A stretch of 64,000 nucleotides of DNA from Escherichia coli (GTDB lineage Bacteria; Pseudomonadota; Gammaproteobacteria; Enterobacterales; Enterobacteriaceae), in assembly GCF_044324785.1 (NCBI RefSeq), contig NZ_CP172127.1, one strand, 5' to 3'. Positions 13,964-25,591 of the stretch are shown piece by piece (within the stretch, counting starts at the first letter, position 1; each line of letters opens with the position of its first letter). The notes below the pieces were generated by a model, which saw only the letters and a program-made list of their open reading frames with translations, was not told the origin of the DNA and did not search any database. The position numbers and the translations under genes were made by a program.

Positions 13964-14509
13964 GTGGACGATTTGACCGCACAAGCCCTGAAAGATTTTA
14001 CTGCACGCTACTGCGATGCGTGGCATGAAGAGCATAAAAGCTGGCCGTTGAGTGAGGAACTGTACGGCGTTCCTTCACCGTGCATTATTTCAACCACCGA
14101 AGATGCCGTATACTGGCAACCCCAGCCGTTTACCGGGGAACAAAATGTAAACGCGGTTGAACGCGCTTTTGATCTTGTGATACAACCCACAATTCATACC
14201 TTTTATACGACTCAGTTTGCCGGGGATATGCACGCGCAGTTTGGCGATATCAAACTGACATTGCTGCAAACCTGGAGTGAAGACGACTTCCGTCGGGTGC
14301 AGGAAAATCTGATTGGTCATCTGGTGACTCAGAAAAGGCTAAAATTGCCGCCCACGCTATTTATCGCGACGCTGGAAGAAGAGTTAGAGGTCATCTCGGT
14401 GTGTAATCTCTCCGGTGAAGTGTGTAAAGAGACGCTGGGAACACGTAAACGGGCGCATTTAGCCTCAAATCTTGCGGAATTCCTTAATCAACTTAAGCCT
14501 CTTCTGTAA
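13964..14509 (+). CDS. syd: SecY-interacting protein Syd
   Basis: 181-aa [38 protein letters not shown]... Confidence 0.92.
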   Translation: MDDLTAQALKDFTARYCDAWHEEHKSWPLSEELYGVPSPCIISTTEDAVYWQPQPFTGEQNVNAVERAFDLVIQPTIHTFYTTQFAGDMHAQFGDIKLTLLQTWSEDDFRRVQENLIGHLVTQKRLKLPPTLFIATLEEELEVISVCNLSGEVCKETLGTRKRAHLASNLAEFLNQLKPLL

Positions 14510-14727
14510 TCCAAATACCCCATCTGGTTGTGAGAGATCTCTTACAGACTCTGTAGGAGATCGCCAGGAAATAAGCGAATACTTAAAAAGATAAGAATCG
14601 TTATTTTCATTTAAAATCAATATATTGCTTGTTAATTCTTAACTTTCATATGAAATTTTCCTTAAGGCATTGTCTGTAAGCGCCTTGTAAGACTTCGCGA
14701 AAAAGACGATTCTATCTTCGTCGACAG

Positions 14728-15086
14728 GGAGTCAGACAACGAAGTGAACATCAGGATGATGACACTTCTGAAGGACACACCAAGATGGTGTTTCAGGGAA
14801 AGGCTTCTGGATGAAGCGAAGAGGATGACGCAGGACGCGTTAAAGGACACCTCCAGGATGGAGAATGAGAACCAGTCAGGATGATTCGGTGGGTCAGGAA
14901 GGCCAGGGACACTTCAGGATGAAGTATCACATCGGGGTGGTGTGAGCAGGAAGCAATAGTTCAGGATGAACGATTGGCCGCAAGGCCAGAGGAAAAGTTG
15001 TCAAGGATGAGCAGGGAGCAACAAAAGTAGCTGGAATGCTGCGAAACGAACCGGGAGCACTGTGAATACAGTGCTCCCTTTTTTTA
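14728..15086 (+). ncRNA. csrB: CsrB small RNA (CsrA-sequestering sRNA)
   Basis: About 360-nt non-coding stretch between syd and yqcC densely packed with CAGGA(U)G / AGGA motifs (caggatga, aaggacac, caggatgg, tcaggatg, caaggatg ...), ending in the GC hairpin gggagcactgtgaatacagtgctccc + T8; sequence matches K-12 CsrB as recalled. Confidence 0.9.
15053..15086 (+). terminator. Rho-independent terminator of csrB
   Basis: Perfect 10-bp stem gggagcactg/cagtgctccc with a 6-nt loop followed by TTTTTTTT. Confidence 0.9.
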
Positions 15087-15130
15087 TTCCTGCTATCCTT
15101 CGCGGCAGTTTTTCTTATTGAGGTTGCTTT

Positions 15131-15460
15131 ATGACCACTCATGACCGCGTTCGTCTCCAGTTGCAGGCGCTTGAAGCGTTACTGCGTGAACATCAGCACT
15201 GGCGAAACGATGAACCCCAGCCGCATCAATTTAATAGTACCCAACCGTTCTTTATGGACACCATGGAACCACTGGAGTGGTTGCAGTGGGTGCTGATCCC
15301 GCGAATGCACGATTTGTTAGATAACAACCAGCCATTACCGGGCGCTTTTGCCGTTGCTCCCTATTATGAAATGGCGCTGGCGACGGACCACCCGCAACGC
15401 GCGCTTATTCTGGCTGAGCTGGAAAAACTGGATGCTCTTTTTGCGGATGATGCGAGCTAA
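15131..15460 (+). CDS. yqcC: Conserved protein YqcC (DUF446)
   Basis: 109-aa ORF MTTHDRVRLQLQALEALLREHQHWRNDEPQ...; stop overlaps the truC start (TAATG). Confidence 0.85.
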   Translation: MTTHDRVRLQLQALEALLREHQHWRNDEPQPHQFNSTQPFFMDTMEPLEWLQWVLIPRMHDLLDNNQPLPGAFAVAPYYEMALATDHPQRALILAELEKLDALFADDAS

Positions 15461-16242
15461 TGCTGGAAATACTCTATCAGGATGAATGGCTGGTTGCGGT
15501 AAATAAACCCTCCGGCTGGCTGGTTCACCGCAGCTGGCTGGATCGCGACGAGAAAGTAGTGGTCATGCAAACCGTGCGTGACCAGATAGGCCAGCATGTG
15601 TTTACTGCTCATCGTCTGGACCGACCAACTTCTGGTGTGTTGTTGATGGGATTATCCAGCGAGGCCGGACGGCTGCTGGCACAACAGTTTGAACAGCACC
15701 AAATCCAGAAACGTTACCATGCGATCGTGCGCGGCTGGTTGATGGAAGAAGCAGTTCTGGATTATCCACTGGTGGAAGAACTGGACAAAATCGCTGATAA
15801 ATTTGCCCGCGAAGATAAAGGCCCACAGCCAGCAGTGACGCATTATCGCGGTCTGGCGACCGTAGAAATGCCGGTAGCGACCGGACGTTACCCGACCACG
15901 CGCTACGGCCTGGTGGAACTGGAGCCGAAAACCGGACGCAAGCACCAGCTCCGTCGCCATCTTGCCCATTTGCGGCACCCGATTATTGGCGACAGCAAAC
16001 ATGGTGATTTACGCCAGAATCGCAGCGGTGCTGAACATTTTGGCCTTCAGCGGTTAATGCTACATGCCAGTCAGTTGTCATTGACGCATCCTTTTACTGG
16101 CGAGCCGTTGACTATTCACGCGGGCCTGGACGGCACCTGGATGCAGGCGTTATCACAATTTGGCTGGCGGGGTCTGCTTCCTGAAAATGAAAGGGTTGAG
16201 TTCAGTGCTCCATCGGGTCAGGATGGAGAGATAAGTTCCTAA
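15460..16242 (+). CDS. truC: tRNA pseudouridine(65) synthase
   Basis: 260-aa [28 protein letters not shown]...; RluA-family pseudouridine synthase motifs. Confidence 0.92.
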   Translation: MLEILYQDEWLVAVNKPSGWLVHRSWLDRDEKVVVMQTVRDQIGQHVFTAHRLDRPTSGVLLMGLSSEAGRLLAQQFEQHQIQKRYHAIVRGWLMEEAVLDYPLVEELDKIADKFAREDKGPQPAVTHYRGLATVEMPVATGRYPTTRYGLVELEPKTGRKHQLRRHLAHLRHPIIGDSKHGDLRQNRSGAEHFGLQRLMLHASQLSLTHPFTGEPLTIHAGLDGTWMQALSQFGWRGLLPENERVEFSAPSGQDGEISS

Positions 16243-16259
16243 TCCAGGGAGAAAACGGT

Positions 16260-16709
16260 ATGGCGGAAATTGGTATTTTTGTCGGCACTATGTACGGAAA
16301 TTCGCTGTTAGTGGCGGAAGAAGCGGAAGCAATTCTGACCGCGCAGGGCCACAAAGCAACGGTATTTGAAGATCCTGAATTAAGCGACTGGCTGCCCTAT
16401 CAGGATAAGTATGTTCTGGTGGTTACGTCCACGACCGGGCAGGGCGACCTTCCTGATAGCATTGTGCCGCTCTTTCAGGGAATTAAAGATACCCTGGGCT
16501 TCCAGCCGAATCTGCGTTATGGCGTGATTGCGCTCGGCGACAGCAGTTATGTGAATTTCTGCAATGGCGGCAAACAGTTCGATGCCTTGTTGCAGGAACA
16601 GAGCGCTCAGCGGGTTGGCGAAATGCTGTTGATTGACGCCAGTGAGAACCCGGAACCGGAAACGGAATCAAATCCGTGGGTCGAACATTGGGGCACGCTG
16701 TTGTCCTGA
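16260..16709 (+). CDS. yqcA: Flavodoxin-like protein
   Basis: 149-aa [41 protein letters not shown]... with flavodoxin fold signature (T-S-T-T-G-x-G-D). Confidence 0.88.
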   Translation: MAEIGIFVGTMYGNSLLVAEEAEAILTAQGHKATVFEDPELSDWLPYQDKYVLVVTSTTGQGDLPDSIVPLFQGIKDTLGFQPNLRYGVIALGDSSYVNFCNGGKQFDALLQEQSAQRVGEMLLIDASENPEPETESNPWVEHWGTLLS

Positions 16710-17143
16710 TATGTTCAGCGAGCGGTAAATGCCGTTTTAGCGGTGCTGAATCGAATCTTTTCAGGCAAATGCCAGTAAAAACTGCTTCATAGCGCGGATT
16801 TTTACTGGCGTTTGCCTGGAGTCAAGCGATCCATTTCATACTCTTCTTTATTTCTTCGTTTTAACCCTTCCTTTCTTGTTTTTGTTTTCATTTCCGTGAA
16901 GTGGATTCCACCGTCCAGGGCTAATGCCAAAATCGGGCCTCATTGAACGCATTAATGTTGTGTTGTTGCACGGTGAGCCGCTATGGCGCGCTTTTTATAC
17001 TGCTATTGCCAGATATAAACACGCGCCGTATTCGGCGAACGACCTATAAAAACGGCAAAAAACACCCTACGTCACCTCTGATTTCCTGGCGATGTCGCAG
17101 TCCAGAGTGAGCGTGGCTAACGCGAATTTTCAGGAGTGCAACA

Positions 17144-18496
17144 ATGAGTTCTTTAAGTCAGGCTGCGAGCAGTGTGGAAAAACGCACAAATGCTCGTTAC
17201 TGGATAGTGGTGATGTTGTTTATCGTCACATCCTTCAACTACGGCGACCGCGCTACGCTTTCTATTGCCGGTTCGGAAATGGCCAAAGATATCGGCCTTG
17301 ATCCCGTGGGAATGGGCTATGTGTTCTCTGCTTTCTCATGGGCTTATGTTATCGGACAGATCCCTGGTGGTTGGTTGCTGGATCGTTTTGGTTCAAAACG
17401 CGTCTACTTCTGGTCGATCTTTATCTGGTCGATGTTTACCTTGCTGCAAGGCTTCGTCGATATTTTTAGTGGATTCGGCATTATCGTTGCCCTGTTTACG
17501 CTGCGCTTCCTGGTCGGGCTTGCTGAAGCGCCATCTTTCCCCGGCAACAGTCGCATTGTTGCGGCCTGGTTTCCGGCGCAGGAAAGGGGAACGGCGGTGT
17601 CGATTTTTAACTCCGCCCAATACTTCGCAACGGTGATCTTCGCGCCGATTATGGGCTGGCTGACGCATGAAGTGGGCTGGTCACACGTCTTCTTCTTTAT
17701 GGGCGGTCTGGGCATTGTCATCAGCTTTTTCTGGCTGAAAGTCATCCACGAGCCAAATCAACATCCGGGTGTAAATCAGAAAGAGCTGGAGTACATCGCC
17801 GCGGGTGGCGCGCTGATCAATATGGATCAGCAAAACACCAAAGTTAAAGTGCCGTTCAGCGTGAAGTGGGGGCAGATCAAACAGCTGCTCGGGTCACGGA
17901 TGATGATCGGCGTTTATATCGGTCAGTACTGTATCAACGCCCTGACTTACTTTTTCATTACCTGGTTTCCGGTTTATCTGGTGCAGGCGCGTGGGATGTC
18001 GATCCTGAAAGCGGGCTTTGTGGCTTCCGTTCCGGCGGTTTGCGGTTTTATCGGCGGTGTGCTGGGTGGGATTATTTCCGACTGGCTGATGCGCCGCACG
18101 GGATCGCTGAACATTGCGCGTAAAACACCGATCGTAATGGGCATGTTGCTGTCGATGGTGATGGTGTTCTGCAACTACGTCAACGTTGAGTGGATGATCA
18201 TCGGCTTTATGGCGCTGGCCTTCTTCGGTAAGGGCATCGGGGCGCTGGGTTGGGCAGTAATGGCAGATACCGCGCCAAAAGAGATCAGCGGTCTTTCCGG
18301 TGGCCTGTTCAACATGTTCGGTAACATTTCTGGCATCGTCACGCCAATCGCAATTGGTTATATCGTTGGCACGACTGGCTCGTTTAATGGGGCGCTGATT
18401 TATGTTGGTGTTCATGCCTTAATCGCGGTACTGAGCTACCTGGTGCTGGTGGGCGATATCAAGCGTATCGAGTTGAAACCTGTTGCGGGGCAATAA
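17144..18496 (+). CDS. gudP: Glucarate/galactarate MFS transporter
   Basis: 450-aa polytopic [43 protein letters not shown]...; first gene of gudPXD. Confidence 0.92.
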   Translation: MSSLSQAASSVEKRTNARYWIVVMLFIVTSFNYGDRATLSIAGSEMAKDIGLDPVGMGYVFSAFSWAYVIGQIPGGWLLDRFGSKRVYFWSIFIWSMFTLLQGFVDIFSGFGIIVALFTLRFLVGLAEAPSFPGNSRIVAAWFPAQERGTAVSIFNSAQYFATVIFAPIMGWLTHEVGWSHVFFFMGGLGIVISFFWLKVIHEPNQHPGVNQKELEYIAAGGALINMDQQNTKVKVPFSVKWGQIKQLLGSRMMIGVYIGQYCINALTYFFITWFPVYLVQARGMSILKAGFVASVPAVCGFIGGVLGGIISDWLMRRTGSLNIARKTPIVMGMLLSMVMVFCNYVNVEWMIIGFMALAFFGKGIGALGWAVMADTAPKEISGLSGGLFNMFGNISGIVTPIAIGYIVGTTGSFNGALIYVGVHALIAVLSYLVLVGDIKRIELKPVAGQ

Positions 18497-18497
18497 G

Positions 18498-19838
18498 ATG
18501 GCGACACAATCCAGTCCTGTTATTACTGATATGAAAGTCATTCCGGTGGCCGGGCATGACAGCATGTTGCTTAATATTGGTGGTGCACATAACGCATATT
18601 TCACCCGCAATATTGTGGTACTCACCGATAACGCCGGGCATACCGGTATTGGTGAAGCGCCGGGCGGAGAGGTGATTTATCAGACGCTTGTCGATGCTAT
18701 TCCGATGGTGCTGGGCCAGGAAGTTGCGCGCCTGAATAAAGTGGTTCAGCAGGTGCATAAAGGTAATCAGGCAGCCGATTTTGATACCTTCGGCAAAGGT
18801 GCCTGGACCTTTGAATTGCGCGTTAACGCCGTGGCGGCGCTGGAAGCCGCCTTGCTTGACCTGCTAGGTAAGGCGCTGAATGTTCCGGTCTGCGAACTGT
18901 TAGGGCCAGGCAAGCAACGCGATGCTATTACCGTCCTCGGTTATCTGTTTTATATCGGTGATCGGACCAAAACCGATCTTCCTTATCTGGAAAATACGCC
19001 GGGCAACCATGAGTGGTATCAGTTGCGCCATCAGAAAGCGATGAACAGCGAAGCCGTTGTGCGTCTGGCGGAAGCCTCACAGGATCGCTACGGCTTTAAA
19101 GATTTCAAACTTAAGGGCGGCGTGTTACCTGGCGAGCAAGAAATCGACACTGTTCGTGCATTGAAGAAACGCTTCCCGGATGCGCGGATTACCGTTGATC
19201 CCAACGGTGCATGGCTGCTTGATGAAGCCATTTCTCTGTGCAAAGGGCTGAATGATGTTCTTACCTATGCCGAAGATCCATGCGGAGCAGAACAGGGGTT
19301 CTCCGGACGTGAAGTGATGGCGGAGTTTCGGCGGGCGACCGGCTTGCCCGTCGCGACTAATATGATCGCCACCAACTGGCGCGAAATGGGCCATGCGGTA
19401 ATGCTCAATGTGGTGGATATTCCACTTGCCGATCCGCATTTCTGGACGCTTTCCGGTGCAGTCCGCGTGGCGCAGCTTTGCGACGATTGGGGGCTGACCT
19501 GGGGCTGCCATTCCAATAACCACTTTGATATCTCTCTGGCGATGTTTACCCATGTGGGTGCGGCGGCACCGGGTAATCCTACCGCTATCGATACCCACTG
19601 GATTTGGCAGGAGGGCGATTGTCGCCTGACCAAAAATCCGCTGGAGATTAAAAACGGAAAAATTGCCGTTCCTGATGCGCCCGGTCTGGGCGTGGAACTG
19701 GACTGGGAGCAGGTACAAAAGGCGCATGAGGCCTATAAACGTCTGCCTGGCGGTGCGCGTAACGACGCGGGCCCGATGCAGTACCTGATCCCCGGCTGGA
19801 CCTTTGACCGTAAACGTCCCGTTTTCGGCCGTCATTGA
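18498..19838 (+). CDS. gudX: Glucarate dehydratase-related protein (enolase superfamily)
   Basis: ORF 18483-19838; start placed at the ATG giving [32 protein letters not shown]... (446 aa); paralogue of the following gene. Confidence 0.9.
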   Translation: MATQSSPVITDMKVIPVAGHDSMLLNIGGAHNAYFTRNIVVLTDNAGHTGIGEAPGGEVIYQTLVDAIPMVLGQEVARLNKVVQQVHKGNQAADFDTFGKGAWTFELRVNAVAALEAALLDLLGKALNVPVCELLGPGKQRDAITVLGYLFYIGDRTKTDLPYLENTPGNHEWYQLRHQKAMNSEAVVRLAEASQDRYGFKDFKLKGGVLPGEQEIDTVRALKKRFPDARITVDPNGAWLLDEAISLCKGLNDVLTYAEDPCGAEQGFSGREVMAEFRRATGLPVATNMIATNWREMGHAVMLNVVDIPLADPHFWTLSGAVRVAQLCDDWGLTWGCHSNNHFDISLAMFTHVGAAAPGNPTAIDTHWIWQEGDCRLTKNPLEIKNGKIAVPDAPGLGVELDWEQVQKAHEAYKRLPGGARNDAGPMQYLIPGWTFDRKRPVFGRH

Positions 19839-19858
19839 TTTTGAAAAAGGACATAAAG

Positions 19859-21199
19859 ATGAGTTCTCAATTTACGACGCCTGTTGTTACTGAAATGCAT
19901 GTCATCCCGGTGGCGGGCCATGACAGTATGCTGATGAATCTGAGTGGTGCACACGCACCGTTCTTCACGCGTAATATTGTGATTATCAAAGATAATTCTG
20001 GTCACACCGGCGTAGGGGAAATTCCCGGCGGCGAGAAAATCCGTAAAACGCTGGAAGATGCGATTCCGCTGGTGGTGGGGAAAACGCTGGGTGAATACAA
20101 AAACGTTCTGACGCTGGTGCGTAATACATTTGCCGATCGTGATGCCGGCGGGCGCGGTTTGCAGACATTTGATTTGCGGACCACTATTCATGTGGTTACC
20201 GGGATAGAAGCGGCAATGCTGGATCTGCTGGGGCAGCATCTGGGGGTTAACGTGGCATCGCTGCTGGGCGATGGTCAACAGCGTAGCGAAGTCGAAATGC
20301 TCGGTTATCTGTTCTTCGTCGGTAATCGCAAAGCCACACCGCTGCCGTATCAAAGCCAGCCGGATGATAAATGTGACTGGTATCGCCTGCGTCACGAAGA
20401 AGCGATGACGCCGGATGCGGTGGTGCGCCTGGCGGAAGCGGCATATGAAAAATATGGCTTCAACGATTTCAAACTGAAGGGCGGTGTACTGGCCGGGGAA
20501 GAAGAAGCCGAATCTATTGTGGCACTGGCGCAACGCTTCCCACAGGCGCGTATTACCCTCGATCCTAACGGTGCCTGGTCGCTGAACGAAGCGATTAAAA
20601 TCGGTAAATACCTGAAAGGTTCGCTGGCTTATGCAGAAGATCCGTGTGGTGCGGAGCAAGGTTTCTCCGGGCGTGAAGTGATGGCGGAGTTCCGTCGCGC
20701 GACTGGCCTGCCGACCGCAACCAATATGATCGCCACCGACTGGCGGCAGATGGGCCATACGCTCTCGTTACAATCCGTTGATATCCCGCTGGCGGATCCG
20801 CATTTCTGGACGATGCAAGGTTCGGTACGTGTGGCGCAAATGTGCCATGAATTTGGCCTGACCTGGGGTTCACACTCTAACAACCACTTCGATATTTCCC
20901 TGGCGATGTTTACCCATGTAGCCGCTGCTGCACCGGGTAAAATTACTGCTATTGATACGCACTGGATCTGGCAGGAAGGCAATCAGCGTCTGACCAAAGA
21001 ACCGTTTGAGATCAAAGGCGGGCTGGTACAGGTGCCGCAAAAACCAGGATTGGGCGTAGAAATCGATATGGATCAGGTGATGAAAGCCCACGAGCTGTAT
21101 CAGAAACACGGGCTTGGCGCGCGTGACGATGCAATGGGAATGCAGTACCTGATTCCTGGCTGGACGTTCGATAACAAGCGTCCGTGCATGGTGCGTTAA
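19859..21199 (+). CDS. gudD: D-glucarate dehydratase
   Basis: ORF 19835-21199; start at the ATG giving [36 protein letters not shown]... (446 aa). Confidence 0.92.
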   Translation: MSSQFTTPVVTEMHVIPVAGHDSMLMNLSGAHAPFFTRNIVIIKDNSGHTGVGEIPGGEKIRKTLEDAIPLVVGKTLGEYKNVLTLVRNTFADRDAGGRGLQTFDLRTTIHVVTGIEAAMLDLLGQHLGVNVASLLGDGQQRSEVEMLGYLFFVGNRKATPLPYQSQPDDKCDWYRLRHEEAMTPDAVVRLAEAAYEKYGFNDFKLKGGVLAGEEEAESIVALAQRFPQARITLDPNGAWSLNEAIKIGKYLKGSLAYAEDPCGAEQGFSGREVMAEFRRATGLPTATNMIATDWRQMGHTLSLQSVDIPLADPHFWTMQGSVRVAQMCHEFGLTWGSHSNNHFDISLAMFTHVAAAAPGKITAIDTHWIWQEGNQRLTKEPFEIKGGLVQVPQKPGLGVEIDMDQVMKAHELYQKHGLGARDDAMGMQYLIPGWTFDNKRPCMVR

Positions 21200-21210
21200 G
21201 ACAGAAAACC

Positions 21211-21238
21211 AAAACCGGCTCTGTCAGGAGCCGGTTTG
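21211..21238 (+). terminator. Probable terminator of the gud operon
   Basis: Hairpin ccggctc-tgtcagg-agccgg followed by TTT, 12 nt after the gudD stop. Confidence 0.5.
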
Positions 21239-21320
21239 AGACTGATGCCAAACGCAAAATTGCCTGTTGCGCTACGTATCAGGCCAACATACTTTTTAAT
21301 TCATTGAATTTAATTGATTT

Positions 21321-21355
21321 TGTAGGCCGGATAAGGCGTTAACGCCGCATCCGGC
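21321..21355. repeat. REP element
   Basis: gtaggccggataaggcgttaacgccgcatccggcat palindromic unit between convergent gudD and barA. Confidence 0.7.
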
Positions 21356-21429
21356 ATAAACACAGGCACCTTGTCACCAATCTGAAACCAGCGTCATAAA
21401 AAGCCGATTGCTACTCGACAAGACGTCCA

Positions 21430-24186
21430 TTACCCGAGAATTTTGCTGGCTTCGCGCGCTACATTATCCATCTCGTCCAACAGTTCCAGCAGCTCCGGCT
21501 CCAAATCTTCTTCTTTAGTACCGCTACGTAGCTGTTGTTCGATCAGTTGGCAGAGATTCTTCATACGCGGCACACCGCTATAGCCGCAACTGCCATGCAG
21601 TTTATGAATCAAATCAACCAGGCCTTCCGGGTTTTCTCCAACCAGCTGTTCCTCAACTTTGTTGCGAACTTCAGGCAGGAAATCGAGTAACATTTGCAGC
21701 ATATCGCGCGCTAAATCGGTTTTTCCTGCTGCCTGGCGTAGTGCCAGTTGCCAGTCGAGGGTCGCATTCGGGTTCACCACAATTTCGTTGACTTCGGGCG
21801 TCACGACGCGAGACGAAATACCGCTGCCAGGCTTGTAGCGCAACAACAAATTATGCAATCGCTCTTCTTCAATCGGTTTCGCCAGATAATCGCTCATCCC
21901 TGCGCCAAGCAGCTTCTCTTTTTGCCCGGCCATTGCATGCGCCGTTACCGCGATAACCGGCGTTTGTTGCTGATGGGGGAGCTGGTGGATGAGCTCGCAG
22001 GCCCGAATGCCATCCATGTCAGGCATTTGAATATCCATTAAGATCAAATCGAACGGCATCTGTTTCGCCCGTTCAACCGCCTGATGCCCGCTATCGCAAA
22101 GTTCCACATGTTGCACCATATCTTCCAGCAATGCGCCGATAAGTTTCAGGTTAGCGGGGTTGTCATCAACCGCCATGACTGTCATTGCCAGCTTACTTTC
22201 ATCGGTTACAGGCAAAAGCGTGTTTTGTTTGTGATGACAAAATTCCGTCAGGGCAGGCAGCAGGCGCGTAGGTGTTAATGGTTTCAGCAGACACGCGCCG
22301 ATACCATCTTGCTTGAGTTTTTCAGCATTGACTTGTGCATGGCAAGGAAGTGCCAGCATCAGGAAATCGGTCATCGATACCGCTTTCGCTAATCGCTCAT
22401 GTTGCATTGTTAGCGGCTCGCGGAAGGTCACCGCGATGCCTAACAACATCATGTCGTAATGCGCGGGAGGCAGCGCGGAGAACGTTGGGCTATAAACCAC
22501 TTCCAGCGGCGTTTCACTTAAAATATCCAGCGTGCATTGCGCTGCTGCGGAGTTTGGTTCGACATAGGCCAGGCGCTTACCTGCGAGGCACTGGGTGGAT
22601 GGCCCTTCGATAATAATGTTCGGGTTCAGATCGAGATTAATGTGGAACCAGAAAGTTGAACCGCGATTCGGCTGGCTATGGAACGAAATATCGCCGCCCA
22701 TTTCATTAACCAGTTTTTGTGTAATCACCAGCCCCAGCCCGGTGCCACCATGACGGCGGGAAATACTGGCATCAGCCTGTCGGAAGGCCTGGAATAAGCG
22801 CGATTGATCGCGTTCAGGAATACCAATGCCGGTATCCCGAATCTGCACTTCAATCTGCACTTTGGTATTACTCAGCGCACGTTTTTCTACCAGAATATCA
22901 ATGTTGCCATTCTCGGTGAATTTAATTGCATTCCCCACCAGGTTAGTGATGATTTGCTGTAATCGCAGTGGGTCGCCAATTACGTTATCGGGCACGTCGC
23001 TCTTAATATTGAGCGTCAGTTCCAGCCCTTTATCGTGAGAAGAATGTGCCAGCAGGGTAACGACTTCATCCAGCGTGCTGCGTAGTGGGAATGGAATACT
23101 TTCCAGAATCAGCTTACCTGCTTCCAGTTTCGAGAAGTCGAGAACATCATTAATAATTGCCAGCAAATTATTTGCCGAACGTTCAATCGTATTCAGGTGA
23201 TCGCGCTGCGTTGGTGTTAATTCTGTTTTCAGCGTCAGGCGGGTAAAGCCAATAACACCATTCAGTGGTGTACGCAGCTCGTGTGACATATTTGCCAAAA
23301 ACTCGGATTTAATACGCGCCGCTTCCTGGGCGCGCTTTTTCGCCAGATCCAACTCAACGTTCTGAATTTCCATCTGCTCCAGCGTTTCACGCAGATCGGA
23401 CGTCGCCTGGTCGATATTGTGCTGCATCTCTTCGTGATAAGCAGCCAGCGACATTGCCATCGAGTTGATACCGTTTTTCAGCATATCCAGCTCGCCGAGC
23501 ATAAATCCTTCCACCCGGCTGTCGAGTTGCCCGCGACGGATGCGGTCGACGGTATTCACCATATTGCGAATCGGACCGGTTACATCGCGCATTAAGCGCC
23601 AGCCAAAAATAAGCGCAATACCGATACAAAACAGCATCATCACGCTGGAAATAAAGATCTCTTTATATTGCTGCAAGCGAACCGATTTAAGATCCAGCTC
23701 AAGCGCAATATATCCCAACATATTTTGACTATTTTTGGCATCGCTACTGGGCGATTCGTCGGGGGAGTAACTCTCAGAAATAATCGGCGTGCGGAGGATC
23801 ATAATATCGCCGTCACGAGTGACAGTGAGCTGGCGAGGAAACGGCACGTTGCTGCCGAGCTGCATTGATGAGGGATCAAGATGAAAATTGGAGGTGACAA
23901 AGAGTCGGTTATTTTCATCATAAACCGAAATCGCGCGAACAATATCGGAATGGCGACGATGCAGTACGCTTATTAACTGACCGATAGATTCGCGATTTTG
24001 CAGGCTCATGCCATATTCAGTAGAAACTGCAAGCGGCTCAATAATGCTGGCTCCGGCATCTTCCAGTTGACGCTGCAAGTCGTTATAGCGATGCACAACG
24101 AAAAAGATACTCAGCAATAAACCAATAAGGACGGTCGGTGCCAGGATCAGAATCATCATGCGTGCGCGCAGGCTGTAGTTGGTCAT
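21430..24186 (-). CDS. barA: Hybrid sensor histidine kinase BarA (BarA/UvrY two-component system)
   Basis: 918-aa [29 protein letters not shown]... with HAMP, HisKA (SHELRTPLN), receiver ([11 protein letters not shown]) and HPt regions. Confidence 0.95.
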
Positions 24187-24242
24187 GGAGTTCCGTTATG
24201 GGACAATTAAGGTCACACTGTTAAATTGAGAAAGTCTCGCCA

Positions 24243-25544
24243 ATGGCGCAATTCTACTCTGCAAAACGACGCACGACGACGCGTCAGATCATAACTGTTT
24301 CAGTCAACGACCTCGACTCTTTTGGTCAGGGCGTGGCACGACATAACGGCAAAGCGTTATTTATTCCTGGATTACTGCCACAGGAAAACGCGGAAGTTAC
24401 TGTTACTGAAGATAAAAAACAATACGCCCGCGCTAAAGTCGTACGCCGGTTAAGCGATAGCCCGGCACGCGAAACGCCACGCTGCCCTCATTTTGGCGTA
24501 TGCGGCGGCTGTCAGCAACAACACGCCAGCGAGGATTTACAGCAGCGAAGCAAAAGTGCGGCACTCGCCCGATTAATGAAACACGAAGTCTCTGAAGTGA
24601 TCGCCGATGTTCCCTGGGGCTATCGCCGTCGTGCGCGTTTAAGTTTGAACTACTTACCGAAAACACAGCAACTTCAGATGGGGTTTCGCAAAGCGGGCTC
24701 CAGTGACATTGTCGACGTTAAACAATGCCCCATTTTAGTGCCCCAACTTGAAGCATTGCTGCCCAAAGTCAGGGCATGCCTGGGCAGCTTACAAGCTATG
24801 CGCCATCTTGGTCATGTTGAACTGGTACAGGCAACCAGCGGCAAGCTGATGATTTTGCGCCATACCGCACCGCTAAGTTCGGCAGATCGCGAAAAACTGG
24901 AACGCTTTTCGCATTCTGAAGGCCTGGATCTGTATCTCGCCCCCGATAGTGAGATACTCGAAACCGTCTCTGGTGAGATGCCCTGGTATGACTCAAACGG
25001 GTTGCGCTTAACTTTTAGCCCGCGCGATTTTATTCAGGTCAATGCGGGTGTGAACCAAAAAATGGTAGCGCGAGCGTTGGAATGGCTGGATGTGCAACCT
25101 GAAGATCGCGTACTGGATTTGTTCTGCGGTATGGGCAACTTTACACTGCCATTGGCGACACAAGCTGCCAGTGTGGTGGGTGTAGAAGGTGTTCCGGCGC
25201 TGGTGGAAAAAGGCCAGCAGAATGCGCGTCTTAATGGCTTACACAATGTGACGTTTTATCACGAAAATCTTGAAGAAGATGTCACAAAGCAGCCGTGGGC
25301 GAAAAACGGCTTCGATAAAGTGTTGCTGGACCCGGCGCGAGCAGGTGCCGCAGGTGTTATGCAGCAAATTATAAAACTGGAACCTATTCGTATAGTTTAT
25401 GTATCCTGTAATCCTGCAACGCTGGCTCGGGATAGCGAAGCGTTATTAAAAGCAGGATATACCATTGCGCGACTGGCGATGCTGGATATGTTCCCACACA
25501 CGGGACATCTGGAATCGATGGTACTTTTCTCGCGCGTTAAATAG
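24243..25544 (+). CDS. rlmD: 23S rRNA (uracil1939-C5)-methyltransferase
   Basis: 433-aa [37 protein letters not shown]... with Fe-S cysteine cluster ([11 protein letters not shown]); RumA. Confidence 0.93.
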   Translation: MAQFYSAKRRTTTRQIITVSVNDLDSFGQGVARHNGKALFIPGLLPQENAEVTVTEDKKQYARAKVVRRLSDSPARETPRCPHFGVCGGCQQQHASEDLQQRSKSAALARLMKHEVSEVIADVPWGYRRRARLSLNYLPKTQQLQMGFRKAGSSDIVDVKQCPILVPQLEALLPKVRACLGSLQAMRHLGHVELVQATSGKLMILRHTAPLSSADREKLERFSHSEGLDLYLAPDSEILETVSGEMPWYDSNGLRLTFSPRDFIQVNAGVNQKMVARALEWLDVQPEDRVLDLFCGMGNFTLPLATQAASVVGVEGVPALVEKGQQNARLNGLHNVTFYHENLEEDVTKQPWAKNGFDKVLLDPARAGAAGVMQQIIKLEPIRIVYVSCNPATLARDSEALLKAGYTIARLAMLDMFPHTGHLESMVLFSRVK

Positions 25545-25591
25545 TTACGATTTGCCGATTTCGGCAGGTCTGGTCCCTAAAGGAGAGGACG

